A stretch of 64,000 nucleotides of DNA, taken from NCBI GenBank assembly GCA_029717555.1, contig JAMDHS010000009.1, forward strand, positions 1 through 64,000. Reading direction: 5' to 3'. Source of the DNA: Peribolospora baueri (lineage: Eukaryota). A program made the position numbers and the translations under genes. The notes under the pieces are model-generated. The model did no database searches. It was given only the letters and a program-made list of their open reading frames with translations, and was not told where the DNA came from. This document shows, one piece after another, positions 1-12,077 of this stretch. Position 1 is the first letter of the stretch, and each line of letters opens with the position of its first letter.

Positions 1-306
1 GGCCCGACTCGGACAATCCCAAGCGCCTATCTCTCCCCCCTGGACCAAAAGGTCTACCTTTCATCGGCAACGCGCACCAATTGGGCGGCGTGAGCCTACG
101 CATCTTTGCTGTGAAGACCAGCTGAACCGAGTTGGACAGGCCTCACTCGGTCCGATGGGCATTGAAGACAAAGTATTGGTGTGTGAGCACCCTGTCCAGA
201 GACAAAAAACTGGTACAAGCATACATGCGAGCACGGCGAGCGACAAAGGAAATCGTCCGTCTGTTGCGGGTATGAGGAAGGGAGCTCGCCGGGTCGTCAC
301 CGCATC

Positions 307-1326
307 TCAATCCACGAAACCGCCCTCCGTGGCGCTCCATCCTAATAGCGACGCGTCCACACCGCACATGCGCATCATCTTGCCGACGTCCCATTCTTCG
401 TCCGGCGTGGCTGCCTCCCATGCTTTGTCGTGGTCACTCGCGCGGCCCTGCAGTCTACGAGGAGTCATGGCGTCGGACAGCTCCGCCTGCATCTCCTCGT
501 TAGTGGGCGGCGAGTCGGGCTGCCCGTCCGCGAGGTCCTCCAAAGACCGCCGACGATCGGTGTCCGGTTCAACGTCCCACCCCCAACTGCCCGCCGTCCC
601 GTTCGTATCATCCCATCCCCAGGTTTTCCCTCCCACGGGCGGCGCAAATGCCGATTCGTTCTCATGGGCGCCGCCGGTGACCTTCCAAAGGTACTCGGCC
701 GCCGCGCGGCCTGCGGAGCGCCACTTACCAGTCAAAACTGGGAGCTTTTTCGATTGGCCGTCTCTGTCGGTTGGGATGCGTGGTTCAGGTCGGCATTCTG
801 AGTCCGCCTCAAGCGCATATATGCCGGCCGTGGCGAGCCTTGCTTCGCCTGACCTACCTCTTGTACTTCACCGCCAATCTAGCCCTATCGACCCTCTTCT
901 CCAAATCACGTATACGCTCTACGAGCTCGCTCTCCTTGTCTTTGTCGCCCCGTCGTGCGCCCTGCTTGAGCACTGGACTCTTAAACGGCCTGCTAAGCTT
1001 GGCGGCGGGCGTAGAGACGCGAGAGGACCTGTGCCGGAGTGGGGACGGATTGGGTCGCGGCGAAGGAGGCGCATTTCCAAGGGCGCCGGTCAGAGGTTTG
1101 AAGGGCGCCTTGGCCCTCTTGGACGAAGGCAGGCCGGGAGCGCCGCCAACGGCCTCGGAGGATTCCTGAAAGCGTAGGCGGACGTTCCGGTCATCAGCGT
1201 ACGCCTTCCGCTCCCTCTTCCCCGACGGTGACAAACCGCACACACTGGTTCATCCGCTCTCCTCTTCGCGCCGACCAGTCGGCTCTCTTCGGAGTCACGT
1301 TTAGGGACGTCGATGTCGCCTTTCAT
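307..1326 (-). CDS. Sfr1/Mei5-like recombination mediator (Swi5 partner), spliced
   Basis: PFKP/PFKSP motifs, a coiled-coil segment, KWRSAGRAAAEYLW and C-terminal EWDVGKMMRMCGVDASLLGWS..GGFVD resemble the Sfr1/Mei5 C-terminal domain. Donor GTAGGT near 858; start ATG at 1326 is tentative. Confidence 0.7.
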
Positions 1327-1515
1327 GTCGACGAAGTGAGCATGCTCGTATACACGAGTGGTGGAAGGAAGCAGAGTCGGGTCGGCCGCCCGCTGCACAA
1401 ACGGACGCGCCAAAATTAGATGGGCGCGTCGCGCACTTAGGCGCAGATAAGATTGAGAACCATAGTTGCGACGTGGGCCGGCTACCTTTGGGAACGTCAT
1501 TCAGGTCACCACGAC

Positions 1516-4500
1516 ATGCCTACAGAACAGCCTCGCGACGGTTCGTCTTCGGCTTCCGCCCCCCTCAATGGCAAGTTCGAGGGGCTCGACGCCGACTTCG
1601 CTGATATTGGCCTTGATGACGGTGACGAAGATGGCGGCGAGGAGCGGCGACGAGGAGAACGGCCGGCGATCGACCACGTCGCCCCTGACGACGTAGGCAG
1701 GATTCCCACCGACGGTGTCTTCTCGAAGGGAGAACCAGACGATGGAGGAGCACTCGCACCGGTAGGGGTGGCGTTGAACGAGCCCTCATCCCCCAACCAT
1801 ATTGCTGCGCCTACTTTGACCGAGTCTTTTGAGCCGCCCAGCTCGAAAGACTCGGCGACGCCGTCACCCTCGTCTTCTACCTTTCCTTCCCCTCCGGCTA
1901 CGGCCGCGACTTCTGTCTCTCCAGAGTACAAGCACGAAGAGCAAAGCGTGGTTGAGCACATAAAGGAAGAAGAAAAGATAGAGCAAAGCAGAGAGGCGGC
2001 ACGTCGCTCTTCCGAGTCTGGAGGTCACCAAGTCGAGGAGGACAGCCAGACCGGCCTGAGGGTGGACGAGTCTGGCGAGGAGAGCCAGACCGGCCTGAAG
2101 GTGGACGAATCTGTTGAGGAGGCTACCGAAACCATATTCCCTAGATCACCTTCCACCATGTCAGCAACCTCGAATGTTGTCGTCAACAAGGCAGAGGAGC
2201 AGGCCTCGTCTGAATTCAAGCCTAAGGTGCCCACCGGCAGCTCGCTCGCGTCCCGCATCGCAGCTCTCCAGCAAGCGGCTGCCGCAAGCTCATCCTCGTC
2301 TTCCTCGACGCCGCCACGATCTCCAGCCTCGCCTCGTTCGCCGTCCGTGAAGGCTACTGCCGGATCCTTGGCCGGTACACAAGACGACGTAGTTCCCTCG
2401 ACGGCCGCTGCGCCGTCGGAACCAACGCCCGCCTCCTCATCCACGCCGCCTGATTCAAGAAGGTCTTCTGTCAAACCCGTGTTGGCCATGCCAGAGCCGG
2501 TTACCAAGGTACTCAATCTCGTCACCGGGACCGAGGAGGACATGGCGGAGCCGCTCATTCTCGGCATCGCTGTGGTTGACTTTGTGAGTGCACGGGCGAC
2601 GGACCGGCGCCGACAAGGAAGACACTTCTGATTTCAGTCATTCCTCTTGGCCCCTAGAACCACCTGGTTGGCCCACAAGTCGAATATGCGCATCCTGTTG
2701 AGCTGGCGGAAGATGAAGAGCTGTGCAAGGCTTTACCGTTTATGGCCCTTCCAGATGGCGCACATTTGGTAAGCAGAGTCGTCCCTGATTTCACCCGCTT
2801 TAGATTGCCTGCTCACTCACAATTCTGACTCCGGCAGTCCGACGAAGATTACTGCTATTTCCACCTCATGTGCCCTGCCCTCTCCCCTTCGACCATCTTC
2901 GGCATCTCATGCAACCGCCAGATTGCCAGTAACGAGCTAGTCAACAAGGGCAAGGAAGTGACGAGGAGCACGGTGCAAAAGGCTATCGTCGTGCTCGCCA
3001 GAGAGGTAAGTTGTCTCGGCACGCGCGCCGGCCTTCGTCCGGTCGCCTCGGGCTCACTTCGTCTTCCGCTCCCAGCCCGTCTTCGGTCCAATCCGCGACA
3101 AGCTGGGCGTCGTCACTCGCGCCTTTTTCGCTCAGGGCGATCTGAACGAAGTGGACATCCTCGTCGAGTTCCACGCTTCTCTCGAGGCCTCGCTGCGGTC
3201 CTCAGCGGTTACCCACGTCTCCGACGTCGTGGAACCTGCAGCAGCCGGGCATAATCGAGCATGGGGTGGCGTGGGAGGATTGGGCGAGGGAGTCATGTAT
3301 ATGGGTGGGTTCCAATCGCATCGGCTCTTCGTGATCGTCCTCTGACGCCCCTCTTCATCGCGCCTTGGCAGGTACCTCCATTCGAGAACTCATTTACAAG
3401 TTCCGCTTCAAGACGCTCATTCTCCTCAAGCTGCTCTTGCTGCAGAAGAAGGTGCGCGAATTGCGATTTCGACTAAAAGGGTCCCGCTGACATGCCCACT
3501 CGTCATCTTCTCTCACATAGGTCATGTTCTACGGCTATCCGATCGAGCGACTCTGCACGTACCAGTACTCTCTCGTCTCCCTCGTTCCGGGCCTCTTGCT
3601 GGATCTAGGGGACGCTGCGGCACCCGATCTCGATCGGCAGAGCAGAAAGCGCAAGCGGCCAACAAGCCTGAGAACAAGCGATCGACGGAGCTTGCTTAAC
3701 TACTTGGGGCTCCCGCTGTGCATCTTCGGCAAGGGCGCCTTTTTCCAGCCGTACTGTCCTCTGCAGCAGATAGATATGCTGCAGTGTGAGAGCTTCCTCG
3801 TGGGCACAAGCAATAGCATCTTCCAGCAGCAGAAAGATTGCGAGATTGACGTCCTCGTCCACGTGCGTGCTTTCATCGCGTGTGGAGGTGGCCCAGACGT
3901 TGACGATGTCTCATCCTTCTGGTCTGCAGGTCGATCAAGGCAACCTCGAGTTTGCGGATCCAAAGCTGTCACACCTCTGTGCGCTCACGGCGGCGGATCG
4001 CAAGTGGATGGACGAGCTAGTTCAGACGGTGAGCGACAGCTGGAACCCGGACGACCCGACGCGACCGATGAACATGCAGTTCATAGGCAGTGACGACTAT
4101 CTGAGAGGCAAGGTAAGTTCAAGCATGTTCGGTTTACGAACGGGTGCTTGGTCAAGCGCTTCTGCATGTCGGCACTCAACGATCTTGCATCACAGTTCGA
4201 AGAATACATTTCTTCGGCGCTGTCGTCGATCAAGTATGCGGACTTTCTTCAGAAGGGCGAGCGAGGAAATGTCCTCGTCGAGCAAGGTGAACCCGGGACG
4301 GGAGGTCCGAGCTGTCGGCGGTTGTCCTGACCCGTCCTTCTCTTTTCGTGGCCCAGCAGAGACCCAGCCGATCGTCCACTTCAACGAAGCTTGGGTCGCC
4401 GCATTACGACAGACACGGGCGTTTTCTGTATGGGAGGCCACGACGGACGAGATGATCTTCGATATCTGCGATCCCCGGTGAGTCGCCGGTCGAGACCCTG

Positions 4501-5350
4501 GCTGCCGACGCTTCGCTGATACGCTTTCCCCTTTCGGTTCGTCGCAAGGCACCCATGCGAAGGCAAGGTGTCAACGATCGAAGACGTGGGCTTGCGACTG
4601 GCGCATGGTTTGCACGATCTGAACCTACAGGAGAATCTCGCACCGACACGGGAGGCCGTCTCTGCGGTGATTCAAACTGGCTCGAGCAACCTGTTTCGGT
4701 TCGCCCAAAGCGCGGCCAAGAGCTTCGGCGAGCAGAGGGAACGGCTGTTTGAGCGGAGTGGCGTGGGCAAGGAGATGGGGTCGCAGGGCGGTAAGCGGGA
4801 CAGCGTGAACAGCATGCAGGAGATCAGCCTGGACGAACCGTCGGCGAAGAACGGCGGTCCGGCGACGATGATGACGACGCCGGAGCGCACGCCGCGCGGA
4901 CTCAAGAAGCTGTCTTTGTCAGCACAGTCGATGTCGACGCCTTCGACGCCGGACGGACCACGGTTACAGCAGAGCTCGACGACGGCGACAACGTCAGGCG
5001 TCGCGTCGCCGACCGTCGCCACAGTGTCAGCTCAGGCGGCGGCCGCGGGCGCTCAAGTACGGACGGCGCTGGGCCAGTTCGGCAGTTTCCTGAGTGCGAA
5101 GAGGAAGGAGCTCGAGGCGGCGAGGGCGGCGCGTGCGTCGCTGGAAGGTGGCGGCGGGTCGGAAGCGGGCTCGGAGGTGAGGGAGGAGAGCAATCGGTCG
5201 AGCGAGTCGCGCACTTCGAGGCCTCCGAGCACGAGCACGACGGGCAACAGCGGATCGTGGGTGCCGAGCGTGTTCAGCGGCTCTAAGCGTTCCAGTTCGG
5301 CCAGCCAGGCGTCTTCGCCGGCGCAGCCGCAGGCGCCACCGGAGGCGTAA
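1516..5350 (+). CDS. AVL9: Late secretory pathway protein Avl9 (DENN-like), multi-exon, with long disordered N- and C-terminal extensions
   Basis: Spliced motifs ILGIAVVDF-NHLVGPQVE, LPFMALPDGAH, FGISCNRQI, VTRSTVQKAIVV, YQYSLVSLVPGL, FFQPYCPLQQ, LTAADRKWMD, GSDDYLR. Confidence 0.92.
2038..2115 (+). repeat. 39-bp tandem duplication in the AVL9 N-terminal extension (EDSQTGLRVDESG / EESQTGLKVDESV)
   Basis: Two near-identical units at 2038-2076 and 2077-2115. Confidence 0.85.
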
Positions 5351-5710
5351 TGGTCGACGAGGCGGATAGATGTATGGATGAAAAGATGGATGGACGACAG
5401 ACCGGGTTTCATGTATTCCTAGCTGGCCACAGGCGAGTGGCTGGGCCGCCAGGACGTCGTTGATGGTAATAGAGCTCGGCCCACAAGTGAACCAACTGTC
5501 TCGGCATTCCACCCGCTTTCCCGACTTTCGGCTTACGTCCCTCGACCGTAGGCTGTCTTAACTCTTCCATGTTCGCATCCGACCTCATCCCGTATTCATC
5601 CCCTCTCCTCCATTCACATGTTTCTTCAATCATCCGTTCTTCACTCCCCACGCTCCCAACATGATCGCCTGATAACCCTTATCATCACCATCATCGTCTT
5701 AACCATTCAG

Positions 5711-8700
5711 ACCGCTTGTCCCCCGACGTCCGCCTTGGTCAAGTCACCTACGAATCGTGGAATCCAGAGTTCTTTGGCATATCGCCCGCAGAAGCGACCA
5801 GCGTCAAGCCTACCACCCGCCTCCTCCTCCAGGCCGCTTGGCACGCTTTTGAGGACGCTGGCGTGAGGCCTTCTGAGCTCGTTGGAAGACCCGTAGGCGT
5901 GTTTATTGCCACCGATGGCGAGGATGGCTTTCTCAACTTGGGGTTGGAGAACACCGGCCGTTCGTGTGCGTATCGGATCGGCTTGTCTTCGTCTTTTTTT
6001 CCTGCTCGAACTCATACCCTTCACCCCTCTCTTGCAGTCTTCGGCCGCTGGGGAAACAACACATTCTCCGTAGCCACCATCTCCGGCCGCCTCGCCTACT
6101 CTTTTGACTTTACCGGCCCCGCGCTCAACATCGAGACCGCCTGTTCCGGCGGCATGGTCGCCCTGCATTATGGCGCTCAGGCTATCTTGAACGGCGAGGC
6201 TGAAGGCGCTATCGTCGGAGGCGCCACCGCCCATTGCAGCCCTTTTGCTTTTCAGTTTCTTGACGCCGCTGGCCTCATTTCTCCAAAGTGTGTTCTTTTT
6301 CCTTATTCATGTATGCCCACCCTTTCTCGCTTTCCACTAACACTGGCGACCGCGCCTTCTCCCCTCCAAGCGCTCGATGCGCCACGTACGACTCCTCCGC
6401 CGACGGCTACGTCATGTCCGAAGGCGCCGTCGTCTTCTACATCACCAGACGTTCCCACGCACAAGCCCGACAGCTGCCCATATTGGCCGAGATCGCTTCC
6501 AGCGCCGTCGCGCATGCCGGCAAGACACGAGGCATGCTCAGGCCCACTCGCGAGAGCCAGGAGGCCTTGCTCCGCACTTGCTTGCACAAGGCCGCCCTCG
6601 CCCCCGCGGACGTTGATTTCGTCGAGGGTGAGTGGCCGGACGCCGGGCTGTGCGTCCAAGCCCGACGCTCGAGTCTCACCCTTCCTTCCTCTCGTTTCGA
6701 TCCCGTTCCAGCGCATGGAACCGGCACAAAGACGGGAGATCAGGTCGAGATGGAAGCGTTGCTTTCCGTGTTCGGCCCGGATGCCGCACGAGACAGGCCT
6801 CTGATCGTCTCCTCGTCAAAGACCGTCTTGGGTCACGCTCACGAGGTGAGTTTTATTCCGTCTGCCATTCATTCTCTTCGTCACCAACGATCGATCAACC
6901 GGTCTGACTCGCAACGTCTGACTCGCAAGATCTCCGGCCTAGTCGGCCTCGCGAGGGCGATCCTTTGCCTCGTCGATGGGGTCATCAGTCCGCACCGCAA
7001 CTTTAAAAAGCAGGCCGCCTATCTCGGAGGCAAGGCCGACCTCGTCGAGATCCCCACCTCGCCTAGGCCACTGGGACCGTCGAGGAGAGCGGACGGCAGG
7101 TTCATCGCCGGCATATCATCCTTCGGGTTCGCAGGCACCATCGCTCACACGATCGTCAAAGGCGGACCCGTTCCGGACGGTTCGGAGGACGACGGCGTCG
7201 CGCTCGGTATTTCTTCTGGCGGCGCCCTTCTCACTCTCTCTGCCCGCCGTCTAGGCCCGCTGACGGAGCTCGTCCGACGATACCTATCCGACGTCTCCGC
7301 CGGTCCCGTCGACACACGCCACATCCTCCGCATGTGCCGGACCAGCAACCTCGGTCGGGAACACTGGTCTCATCACCGGCTCGCCATTCGCACCGACGGC
7401 CACCCGGCCATCCTGGCCGCCGATTTGGGCGAAGCGCTGCGTCGCCTCGAAGCGGCCTCCAAGGCTGCCAACGGAGCCGCCGGCGGACGGCCTTTACCGA
7501 GGATCTGTTTTCTCTTCTCTGCGGAGACGGACCAGTTGTTCGCCCTCGGTCACCGTCTCTCGGCCGCCATCCCGACCTTCCGCAATGCGGTCGAAGAGTG
7601 CAGGGTAGAGGCCCAGATGATCTTTGGCGACGAGTTCACCCTGCCCACCTGTCGCGCCGATCGGACCTGGTCGACCGTCGGCGGCTTTGGCGAGGACACC
7701 GGCTCTCTGCTCGTCTTCATCTACCAGTACGGCCTTTCCAAGACGATGGCCGAGATGGGCATCCGACCCGATTTTGTCGTCGGCTATTCGATGGGCGAGT
7801 TTGCCGCTGCCTGCGCTTCCGGATTCATGTCGCTCTCCTACGCCATCAACATCATCTGCCACCGGGAACGCCTGATCAAAGACCCTTTGGTGATCCCCGA
7901 CCCCGGCGCCGTGCTAAGCGTGCAGCTGTCGGCGGACGAGGTTCGCGAGGCGCTCTCGTCCGACGATCGCCTCGGGAGATGCGAAATCGGAGGCTATCTC
8001 GCCGAGGAATCCACCCTGATCACCGGGGGATTGGAAGACGTCCGAGCCGCCGAGGCAGCCCTGGTTGCCCAAGGCGTCTTTTGCAGGGACCTTGGCCTGG
8101 GCTACGGCTACCACTCCAGCCACGTTCAAGCCGTCTCTTCTGGTCTCATGGAAGGAGATTTCCCTGCGCCCGAGCCGCGCGTCGGTGACGACGCCGTCGT
8201 CTTTGTCTCTACTGTCACCGGTGCCGTCCTCCCGAGCGGAACGGCCCTCGGCGTCGAGTACTGGGTGGGTCGCGAGCGCTAGGCGCGGCGTCACAGGTCG
8301 TCGTCGTCGTCAGGAGCGTGCTTCTTCGTCCTCACTTTGGTCTCATCCTTTCTACCCCCCGTGTCCTTCACATCACAGGCAAAGCATTTGCGATCGCCCA
8401 TCCGATTGCAACAAGCCATCGAAGCCATCAACGAGGCCGCCGCGACGACGTTTGAAAAAGACCAACGGCCGCTTCTCTTTGTCGACTTTGGGCACACCTC
8501 GTCGCTGTCTCGTGTTGTCAAAAGCATCTCCCGGAGCTCGCGCGCCCACCGATCGACGACGACGACCAAACACGCTCATCCCACGTTCGAGTTTGTTAGC
8601 CTTTGCAACAAGTTGGGAAACGCCTGCCCCGTCGAGGGCTTCCTATCGAGTGTAGGCAACCTCTACGAGCACGGCGTCGATGTCGCATTCGATTTATTCT

Positions 8701-11700
8701 GGGCTCCCACCGCACCGGACGCACCCCTGCACCGGGACGCAGTGTCACTCAAACGCAAGCCACTGCTCTACCCGTTCCAACGCATTCGCTATTGGCCCGA
8801 TCCCGCTCGCGACCAGAAACCGTCTCTCCTAGGTCCACGGGCGACCGATTCTAAAGAGTCGATCACCGTGCCGGCTAAGGAGACGACTGTGACAACCACA
8901 AGGTCGGTGCTTGGGTCGTCATGTCCATGACCAAGTTCGTCGACGCCGTTCTCGTCGCCGCGGACAGGGCCTACGGCGAGAAATCATCGATCTTTCGTTC
9001 CACCGTCCCCCGTCGGCCTTTCTGCCCCGTCTTTGACAAAGGCCAGACAACCACTTTGGACATTGTGATCCGGGCTGACAAGACGTTCCAAGTGCTGGCC
9101 CGCACGGATTCGCAGCGGAACACGCTGTACGTCGACGGCCAGCTCGATGTGGCAGCTGTCCCTCCTCGGTCCTGGGACAGGACGTTTTTCGATTCTGTGA
9201 GTAGTACCGACGGCGAGGACGTTTCGGTCTCCAACTCTCACTCGGCGTCCCTTGCCTTCTTGTTCAGTATCGCTCCGGCCTGCTCGATCTCGAGACTTCC
9301 GAGAACAAACTGTACGAGGGGATCGCCGGCCTTGTCTTCGGTCACGAGTTCCGTCTCCTTACAAAGTTGGCCAAGGCCGCCGACAATTCTTACCTCCGCT
9401 CACACGTGCGCGTGCCACCCTCAGCCAAGCGGCTCTTCTGCCCACATAGCGTTCACCCGGGTCTCCTTGCATTCACGGCATCATCTTTGCCTACCGTGAA
9501 GAGAACGGAGGCCATCGGACGATGTCGATCGAAGGTGTCGAGGTGTACCAAAACGCGCTAGTCGGCGACCGCACCACTTGCTACACCGTTCGTACCGCCT
9601 ACGAGCCAGCCGACGGGAGCGCAACTGGCAGACTCAAGACCGTACACGTTTCTCGTCGTCGATGACGAGACGCAGCGCACCGTAGCGTATGTGAAAGCAG
9701 CCCATTTCATAGCCGTACACATCGCTAACGACAAAACGGGAAAGTCGGCCGATCTTCCTCCGCGGCGAAGCCAGCAACAGGCAAGGGTCAAGTTTGCCGA
9801 CGATGTCGCCCCGCCTCAAGTACGTCGAGCTGTGGTCCCCGCAGAGCCGATGGTCTCTTCCCAAATTTACGACAGGCCCGACAGCACGCCGCCCCTCGTA
9901 CCATCCAGCTTCAGCCTGACGTGGCATCGTCTCAGACGCCCGCCCCCACCGTCTGGGGATGCGCTTGTTTTTGTCCTTTCCGACGACGCGGAGCTCTGTC
10001 GCACGCTCGACGTTGCCAACGTGCGAGCCATTCACATCCGTCCAGAAGGACCTGTCGACGCCATGGAAGACGCCATCGCCACCTGTTTCTCCGAGGCGAG
10101 AGCAAGTGGTGCTGGCAGGGTGACCTTGGCTTTGCTCCTTTCCGACGTCGCGTGCACAGATCTATCCAGTCTCGAGGAGCGCAACCAACAGCAAATCGTG
10201 TCCGCCCTTGCGTTGATCCGAACAGCGACCAAGCAAGCCAACCGTCCGTTTGTCGTCTCTTGTCGGCTCGTCACACGAGGCTTCCGCATGGGTCCCCGTG
10301 ACGGAGACGGGCGCGTCGCGGGGAGAGAGCGGCAGATACGGTCGCTGCAGTATGCCTGCCTGGCCGGCCTGGCCAAAGCAGCCCGCACCGAACTTGCACA
10401 CGTCCTCGACATTTGCGCTATCGACATCCCCTTCAGCTGGAGCAACTCTGTTGGCGAGGTGGTAGCGATGGTGCGCGATTTGGGCTCTGCGCCCATGACG
10501 ACTCCGATCGTCGTCGTTCGCGGTTCGCCTTCGGACCCTGTCTTCTGGCAGCCTCGGTACGAACGGCTTCCGGATCTTTTGCCGAAAACCCAACCCCTCC
10601 AGCGATTCTCCGGCACGTACGTTATCGCCGGTGGTTTGGGACATCTCGGCCTCCACATCCTTCCCTGGCTCGTCTCTCATGGAGCTGAGAGGGTCGTCCT
10701 CGTAGGGCGCAAGTCGGCGTCCGAGCCCTCCGTACGTCGCCGGCTCGACGAGGCGGAGCTTCTCTCCGCGGGTCGCGCCACCTACGTGAGCGCCGACGTT
10801 TCCACAGAGTCTGGCGTGCTGGCTGTCCTCGACGAGGCGAGAGCCATTCCGTTCATGCCCCTTCGTGGCATCCTCCTCTGCACCATCGTCCTCGCAGATC
10901 GCGCCGTCGTCCGTCAAAATTGGAACAATTTCAAGATCGCCGTGGACGCTAAACTGCCGCCGGCGTGGCTCTTCCACGCGCACACGGTTGCCGACGACTT
11001 GGAAACGTTTGTCCTTTTCAGCAGCGTAACGTAAGTTAGAGGTTCTCATGTCGGTGCCGCCCGCTCTCTTTCGCTGACGAAGCTCTGTCCATCGTCAGGT
11101 CCGCCTTTGGAGGTTTTGGCCAGGCGAATTACACCGCCGCCAATCACTTTGTCGAGCAGCTCGCCATCCACCGTGTCCAAAACGGACTAAAAGCCGTCGC
11201 CGTCCAACTGGCTCCTCTCGACCAGTCTGAAGCGGTCAAAGGCATGGCGCCGGTAATTGGACGCCTGTTCCCACCGCTATCGGCGTCAGACATTCTGCGC
11301 CCCCTTTCGGCAGCCTTGGGTCCGTCGCCTCCCGTCGTGCTCCTCACCAGCCTACAGCCGGACCTTATTTCTTCCATAGCCTGGACGAAGAACGAATTTC
11401 TATGGTCTGAGTTTGCCCGCCCCAGTCAGCCTGAAGCCGGCAACAGCACCTCGTCTCCTGTGAACGTGAACCCGGAGACGACCTTCGTTTCAGGCCCATC
11501 ACCAACGACAGCAATGACTACAGCGGCGCCTCTGGGCCCCGCTCTTTCGTCTTTCAATGGCGAGACAGTCGAGCAGACGACCATCGAGGCCGAAAAGGAC
11601 GTCTTCAAGGTCTCTTTGAAACCCGGCTTGGCGAAGCAGACTACCTTTCGACTGGAGCCCGAAGAAACACCTCTCCCCGTGGCTCCAGGCGACCCTACAA

Positions 11701-12077
11701 TCGAGATGCACATAAAAGCTGCTCCAGCGACCTCGGTGGCGGATCGGTCAGTTCCCGGTCTGGCCGAACGAATCTCTACCATCGTCGGAGAGATGCTCCA
11801 GCTACCGATCGCGGACGTCGACGGAGAGTCGGACCTGTTCGACTTGGGCGTCGACTCGCTCATGATGATTCAGTTGGCGACGAAGATGCAAGCTGAGACG
11901 GGCGTGGAGCTGCCGTCTGAACAGATCACCGGCGTCAGCACTGTCCATTCCTTGGCCGAATGGTTCGCCCAAGCCTTGACGGAGGCGGGCATAGAGGAGG
12001 AAACGTGTAGGTCGTCGGCCTCCACGACGACGACGCTCGTCGACATGTCGGCGGCTACCGTCACCTCCGTCGGATAG
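5711..12077 (+). CDS. Type I iterative polyketide synthase KS-AT-DH-KR-ACP; 5' end unresolved, DH apparently frame-disrupted (possible pseudogene or split gene)
   Basis: KS: FFGISPAEA, ETACSGG, EAHGTGT, KTVLGH, SSFGFAGT. AT: GYSMG, GYHS. Linker: LYPFQRIRYW. DH remnants: DNHKVG, GLVFGHEFR, HPGLL. KR: GGLGHLG, LAD, SS..GQANYTAAN. ACP: DLGVDSL. Seven canonical introns: 5966-6037, 6288-6370, ~6628-6711, ~6846-6929, ~8265-8378, 9197-9267, 11031-11098. Confidence 0.9.

Noticed and set aside
155..1177. 340-aa plus-strand ORF
   Set aside because: Antisense shadow of the Sfr1/Mei5-like gene; no motifs, and typical of GC-rich DNA.
5711..12077. Recent bacterial horizontal transfer of the PKS
   Set aside because: It carries seven canonical spliceosomal introns like its neighbours and shows no obvious compositional break; any transfer would be ancient.
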